From Eledone cirrhosa (lineage: Eukaryota): a DNA stretch of 64,000 nt. Position numbers and translations under genes: made by a program. The notes under the pieces are model-generated. The model was not told the DNA's origin. It saw nothing but the letters and a program-made list of their open reading frames with translations, and ran no database searches. Numbering within the stretch: the first letter of the stretch is position 1; each line of letters begins with the position of its first letter. The stretch spans positions 375,224,001 to 375,288,000 of the forward strand of contig OZ024742.1 of the NCBI GenBank assembly GCA_964016885.1, read 5' to 3'. Positions 14,901 to 29,900 of this stretch are shown here, piece after piece.

Positions 14901-17900
14901 TCTAGTGTATGTATTACTGTATTTCTAGTGTATATATATTACTGTATTTCTAGTGTATGTATTACTGTATTTCTAGTGTATATATATTACTGTATTTCTA
15001 GTGTATATATATTACTGTATTTCTAGTATATATATATTACTGTATTTCTAGTGTATATATTACTGTATTTCTAGTGTATATATATTACTGTATTTCTAGT
15101 GTATATATATTACTGTATTTCTAGTGTATATATATTACTGTATTTGTAGTGTATATATATTACTGTATTTCTAGTGTATATATATTACTGTATTTCTAGT
15201 GTATATATTACTGTATTTCTAGTATATATATATTACTGTATTTCTAGTGTATATATTACTGTATTTCTAGTGTATATATATTACTGTATTTCTAGTGTAT
15301 ATATATTACTGTATTTCTAGTATATATATTGCTGTATTCCTAGTGTATATATTACTGTATTTCTAGTATATATATTACTGTATTCCTAGTGTATATATTA
15401 CTGTATTCCTAGTGTATATATATTACTGTGTTTCTACTGTATATATATTACTGTGTTTCTAGTGTATATATATTACTGTATTCCTAGTGTATATATATTA
15501 TTGTATTTCTAGTGTATATATATTACTGTATTTCTAGTGTATATATATTACTGTATTCCTAGTGTATATATATTATTGTATTTCTAGTGTATATATATTA
15601 CTGTATTTCTAGTGTATATATATTACTGTATTCCTAGTGTATATATATTACTGTATTCTTAGTCTATATATTACTGTTTCCTAGTGTATATATATTACTG
15701 TATTTCTAGTGTATATATGTTACTGTATTCTTAGTGTATATATATTACTGTATTTCTAGTGTATATATATATTACTGTATTCCTAGTTTATATATTACTG
15801 TATTTCTAGTGTATATATATTACTGTATTTCTAGTGTATATATATATTACTGTATTCCTAGTGTATATATTACTGTATTTCTAGTGTATATATATTACTG
15901 TATTCCTAGTGTATATATTACTGTGTTTCTAGTGTATATATATTACTGTATTTTAAGTGTATATATATTACTGTATTTCTAGTGTATATATTACTGTATT
16001 TCTAGTGTATATATTACTGTATTTCTAGTGTATATATTACTGTATTCCTAGTGTATATATATTACTGTATTTCTAGTGTATATATATTACTGTATTTCTA
16101 GTGTATATATTACTGTATTTCTCGTGTATATATATTACTGTATTTCTAGTGTATATATATTACTGTATTTCCAGTGTATATATATTACTGTATTTCTAGT
16201 GTATATATTACTGTATTTCTAGTGTATATATATTACTGTATTTCTAGTGTATATATTACTGTATTTCTCGTGTATATATATTACTGTATTTCTAGTGTAT
16301 ATATATTACTGTATTTCTAGTGTATATATATTACTGTATTTCTAGTGTATATATATATTACTGTATTCCTAGTATATATATATATCTGTATTCCTAGTGT
16401 ATATATATTACTGTATTCCTAGTGTATATATTACTGTATTTCTAGTGTATATATATATCTGTATTCCTAGTGTATATATATTACTGTATTTCTAGTGTAT
16501 ATATTACTGTATTTCTAGTGTATATATATTATTGTATTCCTAGTGTATATATATTATTGTATTCCTAGTGTATATATATTACTGTATTTCTAGTATATAT
16601 ATATTACTGTATTTCTGCTGTATATATATTACTGTATTTCTAGTGTATATATATTACTGTATTTCTGGTGTATATATATTACTGTATTTCTAGTATATAT
16701 ATATTACTGTATTTCTAGTGTATATATATTACTGTATTCCTAGTGTATATATATTATTGTATTCCTAGTGTATATATATTATTGTATTCCTAGTGTATAT
16801 ATATTACTGTATTTCTAGTATATATATATTACTGTATTTCTGCTGTATATATATTACTGTATTTCTAGTATATATATATTACTGTATTTCTAGTGTATAT
16901 ATATTACTGTATTCCTAGTGTATATATATTAATGTATTCCTAGTGTATATATATTAGTGTTTCTAGTGTATATATATTACTGTATTTGTAGTGTATATAT
17001 ATTACTGTATTTCTAGTATATATATTACTGTATTTCTAGTGTATATATATTATTGTATTCCTAGTGTATATATATTATTGTATTCCTAGTGTATATATAT
17101 TACTGTATTTCTAGTATATATATATTACTGTATTTCTGCTGTATATATATTACTGGATTTCTAGTGTATATATATTACTGTATTCCTAGTGTATATATAT
17201 TATTGTATTCCTAGTGTATATATATTACTGTATTTCTAGTATATATATATTACTGTACTTCTGCTGTATATATATTACTGTATTTCTAGTGTATATATTA
17301 CTGTATTTCTAGTATATATATATTACTGTATTTCTAGTGTATATATATTACTGTATTCCTAGTGTATATATATTAATGTATTCCTAGTGTATATATATTA
17401 GTGTTTCTAGTGTATATATATTACTGTATTTGTAGTGTATATATATTACTGTATTTCTAGTGTATATATTACTGTATTTCTAGTATATATATATATTACT
17501 GTATTTCTAGTGTATATATATTACTGTATTTCTAATATATATATATTACTGTATTTCTAGTGTATATATGTTACTGTATTTGTAGTGTATATATATTACT
17601 GTATTTCTAGTGTATATATATTAATGTATTCCTAGTGTATATTTATTAGTGTTTCTAGTATATATATATTACTGTATTTCTAGTGTATATATATTACTGT
17701 ATTTCTAGTGTATATATTACTGTATTTCTAGTGTATATATATTACTATTTCTAGTGTATATATATTACTGTATTTCTAGTGTATATATATTACTGTATTT
17801 GTAGTGTATATATATTACTGTATTTCTAGTGTATATATATTACTGTATTTCTAGTGTATATATTACTGTATTTCTAGTATATATATATTACTGTATTTCT

Positions 17901-20900
17901 AGTGTATATATTACTGTATTTCTAGTGTATATATATTACTGTATTTCTAGTGTATATATATTATTGTATTTCTAGTGTATATATATTACTGTATTTCTAG
18001 TGTATATATATTACTGTATTCCTAGTGTATATATATTATTGTATTTCTAGTGTATATATATTACTGTATTTCTAGTGTATATATATTACTGTATTCCTAG
18101 TGTATATATATTATTGTATTTCTAGTATATATATATTATTGTATTTCTAGTATGTATATATTACTGTATTCCTAGTGTATATATATTACTGTATTCCTAG
18201 TTTATATATATTACTGTATTCTTAGTGTATATATATTACTGTATTTCTAGTGTATATATATTACTGTATTTCTAGTGTATATATATTACTGTATTTCTAG
18301 TATATATATATTACTGTATTTCTAGTGTATATATATTACTGTATTTCTAGTGTATATATATTACTGTATTCCTAGTGTATATATATTACTGTATTTCTAG
18401 TGTATATATATATCTGTATTCCTAGTGTATATATATTACTGTATTTCTAGTGTATATATATTACTGTATTCTTAGTGTATATATATTACTGTATTTCTAG
18501 TGTATATATATATTACTGTATTCCTAGTTTATATATTACTGTGTTTCTAGTGTATATATATTACTGTATTTCTAGTGTATATATATTACTGTATTCCTAG
18601 TGTATATATTACTGTGTTTCTAGTGTATATATATTACTGTATTTTAAGTGTATATATATTACTGTATTTCTAGTGTATATATTACTGTATTTCTAGTGTA
18701 TATATTACTGTATTTCTAGTGTATATATTACTGTATTTCTAGTGTATATATATTACTGTATTTCTAGTGTATATATTACTGTATTTCTAGTGTATATATT
18801 ACTGTATTTCTAGTGTATATATATTACTGTATTTCTAGTGTATATATTACTGTATTTCTAGTGTATATATTACTGTATTCCTAGTGTATATATATTACTG
18901 TATTTCTAGTGTATATATTACTGTATTTCTCGTGTATATATATTACTGTATTTCTAGTGTATATATATTACTGTATTCCTAGTATATATATTACTGTATT
19001 TCTAGTGTATATATATTACTGTATTTCTAGTGTATATATATTACTGTATTTCTAGTGTATATATATTACTGTATTCCTAGTGTATATATATTACTGTATT
19101 CCTAGTGTATATATATTACTGTATTTCTAGTGTATATATATTACTGTATTCCTAGTGTATATATATTACTGTATTTCTAGTGTATATATATTACTGTATT
19201 TCTAGTGTATATATTACTGTATTTCTAGTATATATATATTACTGTATTTCTAGTGTATATATATTACTGTATTTCAAGTGTATATATATTACTGTATTTC
19301 TAGTGTATATATATTACTGTATTTCTAGTGTATATATATTACTGTATTCCTAGTGTATATATATTACTGTATTTCTAGTGTATATATATTACTGTATTTC
19401 TAGTGTATATATATTATTGTATTCCTAGTGTATATATATTACTGTATTTCTAATATATATATATTACTGTATTTCTGCTGTATATATATTACTGTGTTTC
19501 TAGTGTATATATATTACGGTATTTCTACTGTATATATATTACTGTATTTCTAGTGTATATATATTACTGTATTTCTAGTGTATATATATTACTGTATTTC
19601 TGCTGTATATATATTACTGTGTTTCTAGTGTATATATATTACGGTATTTCTACTGTATATATATTACTGTATTTCTAGTGTATATATATTACTGTATTTC
19701 TAGTGTATATATATTACTGTATTTCTGCTGTATATATATTACTGTGTTTCTAGTGTATATATATTACGGTATTTCTACTGTATATATATTACTGTATTTC
19801 TAGTGTATATATATTACTGTATTTCTAGTGTATATATATTACTGTATTTATAGTGTATATAGTACTGTATTTCTAGTGTATATATATTACTGTATTTCTA
19901 GTGTATATATTACTGTATTTCTAGCATATATATATTACTGTATTTCTAGTGTATATATATTACTGTATTTCTAGTATATATATTACTGTATTCCTAGTGT
20001 ATATATTACTGTATTCCTAGTGTATATATATTACTGTGTTTCTAGTGTATATATATTACTGTATTCCTAGTGTATATATATTACTGTATTTCTAGTGTAT
20101 ATATATTACTGTATTCCTAGTGTATATATATTACTGTATTTCTAGTGTATATATATTACTGTATTTCTAGTGTATATATTACTGTATCTCTAGTGTATAT
20201 ATATTACTGTATTTCTAGTGTATATATATTACTGGATTTCTAGTGTATATATATTACTGTATTTCTAGTGTATATATATATTACTGTATTTCTAGTGTAT
20301 ATATATTACTGTATTCCTAGTGTATATATATTACTGTATTCCTAGTGTATATATATATCTGTATTCCTAGTGTATATATATTACTGTATTCCTAGTGTAT
20401 ATATATTACTGTATTTCTAGTGTATATATATTACTGTATTTCTAGTGTATATATATTACTGTATTCCTAGTGTATATAATACTGTATTTCTAGTGTATAT
20501 ATATTATTGTATTCCTAGTATATATATCTGTATTCCTAGTGTATATATATTACTGTATTCCTAGTGTATATATATTACTGTATTTCTAGTGTATATATAT
20601 TACTGTATTCTTCGTGTATATATATTACTGTATTTCTAGTGTATATATATATTACTGTATTCCTAGTGTATATATTACTGTGTTTCTAGTGTATATATAT
20701 TACTGTATTTCTAGTGTATATATATTACTGTATTCCTAGTGTATATATTACTGTGTTTCTAGTGTATATATATTACTGTATTTCTAATGTATATATATTA
20801 CTGTATTCCTAGTGTATATATATTACTGTATTTCTAGTGTATATATATTACTGTATTCCTAGTGTATATATATTACTCTATTTCTAGTGTATATATATTA

Positions 20901-23900
20901 CTGTATTTCTAGTATATATATATTACTGTATTTCTAGTGTATATATATTACTGTATTCCTAGTGTATATATATTACAGTATTCCTAGTGTATATATATTA
21001 CTGTATTCCTAGTGTATATATATTACTGTATTTCTAGTGTATATATATTACTGTATTTCTAGTGTATATATATTACTGTATTCCTAGTGTATATATATTA
21101 CTGTATTTCTAGTGTATATATATTACTGTATTCCTAGTGTATATATTACTGTATTCCTAGTGTATATATATTACTTTATTTCTAGTGTATATATATTACT
21201 GTATTCCTAGTGTATATATTACTGTATTCCTAGTGTATATATATTACTTTATTTCTAGTGTATATATATTACTGTGTTTCTAGTGTATATATATTACTGT
21301 ATTTCTAGTGTATATATATTACTGTATTCCTAGTGTATATATATTACTGTATTTCTAGTATATATATATTACTGTATTTCTAGTGTATATATATATTACT
21401 GTATTCCTAGTGTATATATTACTGTGTTTCTAGTGTATATATGTTACTGTATTTCTAGTGTATATATATTACTGTATTCCTAGTGTATATATATATCTGT
21501 ATTCCTAGTGTATATATATTACTGTATTTCTAGTGTATATATATTACTGTATTTCTGGTGTATATATATTACTGTATTTCTAGTGTATATATTTACCATA
21601 TTTCTAGTGTATATATATTACTGTATTTCTAGTGTATATATATTACTGTATTCCTAGTGTATATATATTACTGTATTCCTAGTGTATATATATATATCTG
21701 TATTCCTAGTGTATATATATTACTGTATTCCTAGTGTATATATATTACTGTATTTCTAGTGTATATATATTACTTTATTTCTAGTGTATATATTACTGTA
21801 TTGCTAGTGTATATATATATCTGTATTCCTAGTGTATATATATTACTGTATTTCTAGTGTATATTATATTACTGTATCTCTAGTGTATATATATTACTGT
21901 ATTTCTAGTGTATATATTACTGTATTCCTAGTGTATATATATTACTGTATTTCTAGTGTATATATTACTGTATTTCTCGTGTATATATATTACTGTATTT
22001 CTAGTGTATATATATTACTGTATTCCTAGTATATATATATTACTGTATTCCTAGTGTATATATATTTCTGTATTTCTAGTGTATATATATATCTGTATTC
22101 CTAGTTTATATATATTACTGTATTTCTGGTGTATACATATTACTGTATTTCTAGTGTATATATTTACTGTATTTCTAGTGTATATATCTTACTGTATTTC
22201 TAGTGTATATATATTACTGTATTCCTAGTGTATATATATTACTGTATTTCTAGTGTATATATATTACTGTATTTCTAGTGTATATATATTACTGTATTCC
22301 TAGTGTATATATATTACTGTATTCCTAGTGTATATATATTACTGTATTCCTAGTGTATATATATTACTGTATTTCTAGTGTATATATATTACTGTATTCC
22401 TAGTGTATATATTACTGTATATCTATTTTATATATTACTGTATTTCTAGTGTATATATATTACTGTATTTCTAGTGTATATATATTACTGTATTTCTAGT
22501 GTATATATATCACTGTATTTCTAGTGTATATATATTATTGTATTTCTAGTGTATATATATTACTGTATTCCTAGTGTACATATATATCTGTATTCCTAGT
22601 CTATATATATTACTGTATTCCTAGTGTATATATATTACTGTATTCCTAGTGTATATATATTACTGTATTTCTAGTGTATATATATTACTGTATTTCTAGT
22701 GTATATATATTACTGTATTTCTAGTGTATATATATTACTGTATTTCTAGTGTATATATGTTACTGTATTTCTAGTGTGTATATATTACTGTATTCCTAGT
22801 GTATATATATTACTGTATTCCTAGTGTATATATATATCTGTATTCCTAGTGTATATATATTAATGTATTCCTAGTGTATATATATTAGTGTTTCTAGTGT
22901 ATATATATTACTGTATTTGTAGTGTATATATATTACTGTATTTCTAGTGTATATATATTACTGTATTCCTAGTGTATATATATTACTGTATTTCTAGTGT
23001 ATATATGTTACTGTATTTGTAGTGTATATATATTACTGTATTTCTAGTGTATATATATTAATGTATTCCTAGTGTATATATATTAGTGTTTCTAGTGTAT
23101 ATATATTACTGTATTACTAGTGTATATATATTACTGTATTTGTAGTGTATATATATTACTGTATTTCTAGTGTATATATATTACTGTATTTCTAGTGTAT
23201 ATATTACTGTATTTCTAGTGTATATATATTACTGTATATATATTACTGTATTTCTAGTGTATATATATTACTGTATTTGTAGTGTATATATATTACTGTA
23301 TTTCTAGTGTATATATATTACTGTATTTCTAGTGTATATATTACTGTATTTCTAGTATATATATATTACTGTATTTCTAGTGTATATATTACTGTATTTC
23401 TAGTGTATATATATTACTGTATTTCTAGTGTATATATATTACTGTATTTCTAGTATATATATTACTGTATTCCTAGTGTATATATTACTGTATTCCTAGT
23501 GTATATATATTACTGTGTTTCTACTGTATATATATTACTGTGTTTCTAGTGTATATATATTACTGTATTCCTAGTGTATATATATTATTGTATTTCTAGT
23601 GTATATATATTACTGTATTTCTAGTGTATATATATTACTGTATTCCTAGTGTATATATATTATTGTATTTCTAGTGTATATATATTACTGTATTTCTAGT
23701 GTATATATATTACTGTATTCCTAGTGTATATATATTACTGTATTCTTAGTCTATATATTACTGTATTCCTAGTGTATATATATTACTGTATTTCTAGTGT
23801 ATATATATATCTGTATTCCTAGTGTATATATATTACTGTATTTCTAGTGTATATATATTACTGTATTCTTAGTGTATATATATTACTGTATTTCTAGTGT

Positions 23901-26900
23901 ATATATATATTACTGTATTCCTAGTTTATATATTACTGTGTTTCTAGTGTATATATATTACTGTATTCCTAGTGTATATATATTACTATATTTCTAGTGT
24001 ATATATATTACTGTATTCCTAGTGTATATATTACTGTGTTTCTAGTGTATATATATTACTGTATTTCTAGTGTATATATATTACTGTATTCCTAGTTTAT
24101 ATATATTACTGTATTTCTAATGTATATATATTGCTGTATTTCTAGTGTATATATATTAATGTATTTCTAGTGTATATGTTACTGTATATCTAGTGTATAT
24201 ATATTACTGTATTCCTAGTGTATATATATTACTGTATTTCTAGTGTATATATATTACTGTATTCCTAGTGTATATATATTACTGTGTTTCTAGTGTATAT
24301 ATTACTGTATTTCTAGCGTATATATTACTGTATTTCTAGTGTATATATATTACTGTATTTCTACTGTATATATATTACTGTATTTCTAGTGTATATATAT
24401 TACTGTATTCCTAGTGTATATATTACTGTATTTCTAGTGTATATATATTACTGTATTTCTAGTGTATATATATTACTGTGTTTCTAGTGTATATATTACT
24501 GTATTTCTAGTGTATATATTACTGTATTTCTAGTGTATATATATTACTGTATTTCTACTGTATATATATTACTGTATTTCTAGTGTATATATATTACTGT
24601 ATTCCTAGTGTATATATATTACTGTATTTCTAGTGTATATATATTACTGTATATCTAGTGTATATATATTACTGTATTTCTAGTTTATATATATTACTGT
24701 ATTCCTAGTGTATATTTATTACTGTAATTCTAGTGTATATATATTACTGTATTTCTAGTGTATATATATTACTGTATTTCTAGTGTATATATATTACTGT
24801 ATTTCTAGTGTATATATTACTGTATTTCTAGTGTATATATTACTGTATTTCTAGTGTATATATTACTGTATTTCTAGTGTATATATTACTGTATTCCTAG
24901 TGTATATATATTACTGTATTTCTAGTATATATATTACTGTATTTCAAATGTATATATTACTGTATTTCTAGTATATATATTACTGTATTTCTAATGTATA
25001 TATTACTGTATTTCTAGTGTATATATATTACTGTACTTCTAGTGAATATATATTACTGTATTTCTAGTGTATATATTACTGTATTTCTAGTGTATATATA
25101 TTACTGTACTTCTAGTGAATATATATTACTGTATTTCTAGTGTATATATATTACTGTATTTCTAGTGTATATATATTACTGTATTTCTAGTGTATATATA
25201 TTACTGTATTTCTATTGTATATATTACTGTATTTCTAGTGTATATATATTACTGTATTTCTAGTGTATATATATATTACTGTATTTCTAGTGTATATATA
25301 TTACTGTGTTTCTAGTGTATATATTACTGTATTTTTACTGTATATATATTACTGTATTTCTAGTGTATATATATATTACTGTATTTCTAGTGTATATATA
25401 TTACTGTATTTCTAGTGTATATATATATTACTGTATTTCTAGTGTATATATATTACTGTATTTCTAGTGTATATATATATTACTGTATTTCTAGTGTATA
25501 TATATTACTGTATTCCTAGTGTATATATATTAAGGTATTTCTAGTGTATATATATTACTGTATTCCTAGTGTATATATGTTAATGTATTTCTAGTGTATA
25601 TATTATTGTATTTCTAGTGTATATATATTACTGTATTCCTTGTGTATATATATTACTGTATTCCTAGTGTATATTTATTACTGTATTTCTAGTGTATATA
25701 TATTACTGTATTCTTAGTGTATATATATTACTGTATTCTTAGTGTATATATATTACTGTATTCCTAGTGTATATATTATTGTATTTCTAGTGTATATATA
25801 TTACTGTAATTCTAGTGTATATATTATTGTATTTCTAGTGTATATATTATTGTATTTCTAGTGTATATATTACTGTATTTCTAGTGTTTATATTATTGTA
25901 TTTCTAGTGTATATATATTACTGTATTCCTTGTGTATATATATTACTGTATTTCTAGTGTATATATATTACTGTATCTCTAGTGTATATATATTACTGTA
26001 TTTCTAGTGTATATATATTACTGTATTTCTAGTATATATATATTACTGTATTTCTAGTGTATATATATTACTGTATTCCTAGTGTATATTTATTACTGTA
26101 TTTCTAGTGTATATATATTACTGTATTTCTACTGTATATATTACTGTATTTCTAGTGTATATATGTTACTGTATTTCTAGTGTATATATTACTGTATTCC
26201 TAGTGTATATAGTACTGTATTCCTAGTGTATATATATTACTGTATTTCTAGTGTATATATATTACTGTATTTCTAGTGTATATATATTATTGTATTCCTA
26301 GTGTATATATATTACTATATTCCTAGTGTATATATATTACTGTATTTCTAGTGTATATATATTACTGTATTTCTAGTGTATATATATTACTGTATTTCTA
26401 GTGTATATATATTACTGTATTCCTAGTGTATATATATTACTGTATTTCTCGTGTATATATATTACTGTATTTCTAGTATATATATTACTGTATTTCTAGT
26501 GTATATATATTACTGTATTTCTAGTGTATATATATTACTGTATTCCTAGTATATATATTACTGTATTTCTAGTGTATATATATTACTGTATTCCTAGTGT
26601 ATATATATTACTGTATTCCTAGTGTATATATATTACTGTATTCCTAGTGTATATATTACTGTATTTCTAGTGTATATATATTACTGTATTCCTAGTGTAT
26701 ATATATTACAGTATTCCTAGTGTATATATATTACTGTATTTCTAGTGTATATATATTACTGTATTTCTAGTGTGTATATATTACTGTATTCCTAGTATAT
26801 ATATATTACTGTGTTTCTAGTCTATATATTACTGTATTCCTAGTGTATATATATTACTGTATTTCTAGTATATATATTACTGTATTCCTAGTGTATATAT

Positions 26901-29900
26901 ATTACTGTATTTCAAGTGTATATATTACTGTATTCCTAGTGTATATATATTACTTTATTTCTAGTGTATATATATATTACTGTATTTCTAGTGTATATAT
27001 ATTACTGTATTTCTAGTGTATATAAATTACTGTATTTCTAGTGTATATATATATTACTGTATTTCTAGTGCATATATATTACTGTATTCCTAGTGCATAT
27101 ATATTACTGTATTCCTAGTGTATATATATTACTGTATTTCTAGTGTATATATATTACTGTTTTTCTAGTGTATATATATTACTGTATTCCTAGTGCATAT
27201 ATATTACTGTATTCCTAGTGTATATATATTACTGTATTCCTAGTGTATATATATTACCATATTTCTAGTGTATATAAATTACTGTATTTCTAGTGTATAT
27301 ATTACTGTATTTCTAGTGTATGTATATTACTGTATTTCTAGTATATATATTACTGTATTCCTAGTGTATATATATTACTGTATTTCTAGTGTATATATAT
27401 TACTGTATTCCTAGTGCATATATATTACTGTATTCCTAGTGTATATATATTACTGTATTTCTAGTGTATATATGTTACTGTATTTGTAGTGTATATATAT
27501 TACTGTATTTCTAGTGTATATATATTAATGTATTCCTAGTGTATATATATTAGTGTTTCTAGTGTATATATATTACTGTATTACTAGTGTATATATATTA
27601 CTGTATTTGTAGTGTATATATATTACTGTATTTCTAGTGTATATATATTACTGTATTTCTAGTGTATATATTACTGTATTTCTAGTGTATATATATTACT
27701 GTATATATATTACTGTATTTCTAGTGTATATATATTACTGTATTTGTAGTGTATATATATTACTGTATTTCTAGTGTATATATATTACTGTATTTCTAGT
27801 GTATATATTACTGTATTTCTAGTATATATATATTACTGTATTTCTAGTGTATATATTACTGTATTTCTAGTGTATATATATTACTGTATTTCTAGTGTAT
27901 ATATATTACTGTATTTCTAGTATATATATTACTGTATTCCTAGTGTATATATTACTGTATTCCTAGTGTATATATATTACTGTGTTTCTACTGTATATAT
28001 ATTACTGTGTTTCTAGTGTATATATATTACTGTATTCCTAGTGTATATATATTATTGTATTTCTAGTGTATATATATTACTGTATTTCTAGTGTATATAT
28101 ATTACTGTATTCCTAGTGTATATATATTATTGTATTTCTAGTGTATATATATTACTGTATTTCTAGTGTATATATATTACTGTATTCCTAGTGTATATAT
28201 ATTACTGTATTCTTAGTCTATATATTACTGTATTCCTAGTGTATATATATTACTGTATTTCTAGTGTATATATATATCTGTATTCCTAGTGTATATATAT
28301 TACTGTATTTCTAGTGTATATATATTACTGTATTCTTAGTGTATATATATTACTGTATTTCTAGTGTATATATATATTACTGTATTCCTAGTTTATATAT
28401 TACTGTGTTTCTAGTGTATATATATTACTGTATTCCTAGTGTATATATATTACTATATTTCTAGTGTATATATATTACTGTATTCCTAGTGTATATATTA
28501 CTGTGTTTCTAGTGTATATATATTACTGTATTTCTAGTGTATATATATTACTGTATTCCTAGTTTATATATATTACTGTATTTCTAATGTATATATATTG
28601 CTGTATTTCTAGTGTATATATATTAATGTATTTCTAGTGTATATGTTACTGTATATCTAGTGTATATATATTACTGTATTCCTAGTGTATATATATTACT
28701 GTATTTCTAGTGTATATATATTACTGTATTCCTAGTGTATATATATTACTGTGTTTCTAGTGTATATATTACTGTATTTCTAGCGTATATATTACTGTAT
28801 TTCTAGTGTATATATATTACTGTATTTCTACTGTATATATATTACTGTATTTCTAGTGTATATATATTACTGTATTCCTAGTGTATATATTACTGTATTT
28901 CTAGTGTATATATATTACTGTATTTCTAGTGTATATATATTACTGTGTTTCTAGTGTATATATTACTGTATTTCTAGTGTATATATTACTGTATTTCTAG
29001 TGTATATATATTACTGTATTTCTACTGTATATATATTACTGTATTTCTAGTGTATATATATTACTGTATTCCTAGTGTATATATATTACTGTATTTCTAG
29101 TGTATATATATTACTGTATATCTAGTGTATATATATTACTGTATTTCTAGTTTATATATATTACTGTATTCCTAGTGTATATTTATTACTGTAATTCTAG
29201 TGTATATATATTACTGTATTTCTAGTGTATATATATTACTGTATTTCTAGTGTATATATATTACTGTATTTCTAGTGTATATATTACTGTATTTCTAGTG
29301 TATATATTACTGTATTTCTAGTGTATATATTACTGTATTTCTAGTGTATATATTACTGTATTCCTAGTGTATATATATTACTGTATTTCTAGTATATATA
29401 TTACTGTATTTCAAATGTATATATTACTGTATTTCTAGTATATATATTACTGTATTTCTAATGTATATATTACTGTATTTCTAGTGTATATATATTACTG
29501 TACTTCTAGTGAATATATATTACTGTATTTCTAGTGTATATATTACTGTATTTCTAGTGTATATATATTACTGTACTTCTAGTGAATATATATTACTGTA
29601 TTTCTAGTGTATATATATTACTGTATTTCTAGTGTATATATATTACTGTATTTCTAGTGTATATATATTACTGTATTTCTATTGTATATATTACTGTATT
29701 TCTAGTGTATATATATTACTGTATTTCTAGTGTATATATATATTACTGTATTTCTAGTGTATATATATTACTGTGTTTCTAGTGTATATATTACTGTATT
29801 TTTACTGTATATATATTACTGTATTTCTAGTGTATATATATATTACTGTATTTCTAGTGTATATATATTACTGTATTTCTAGTGTATATATATATTACTG

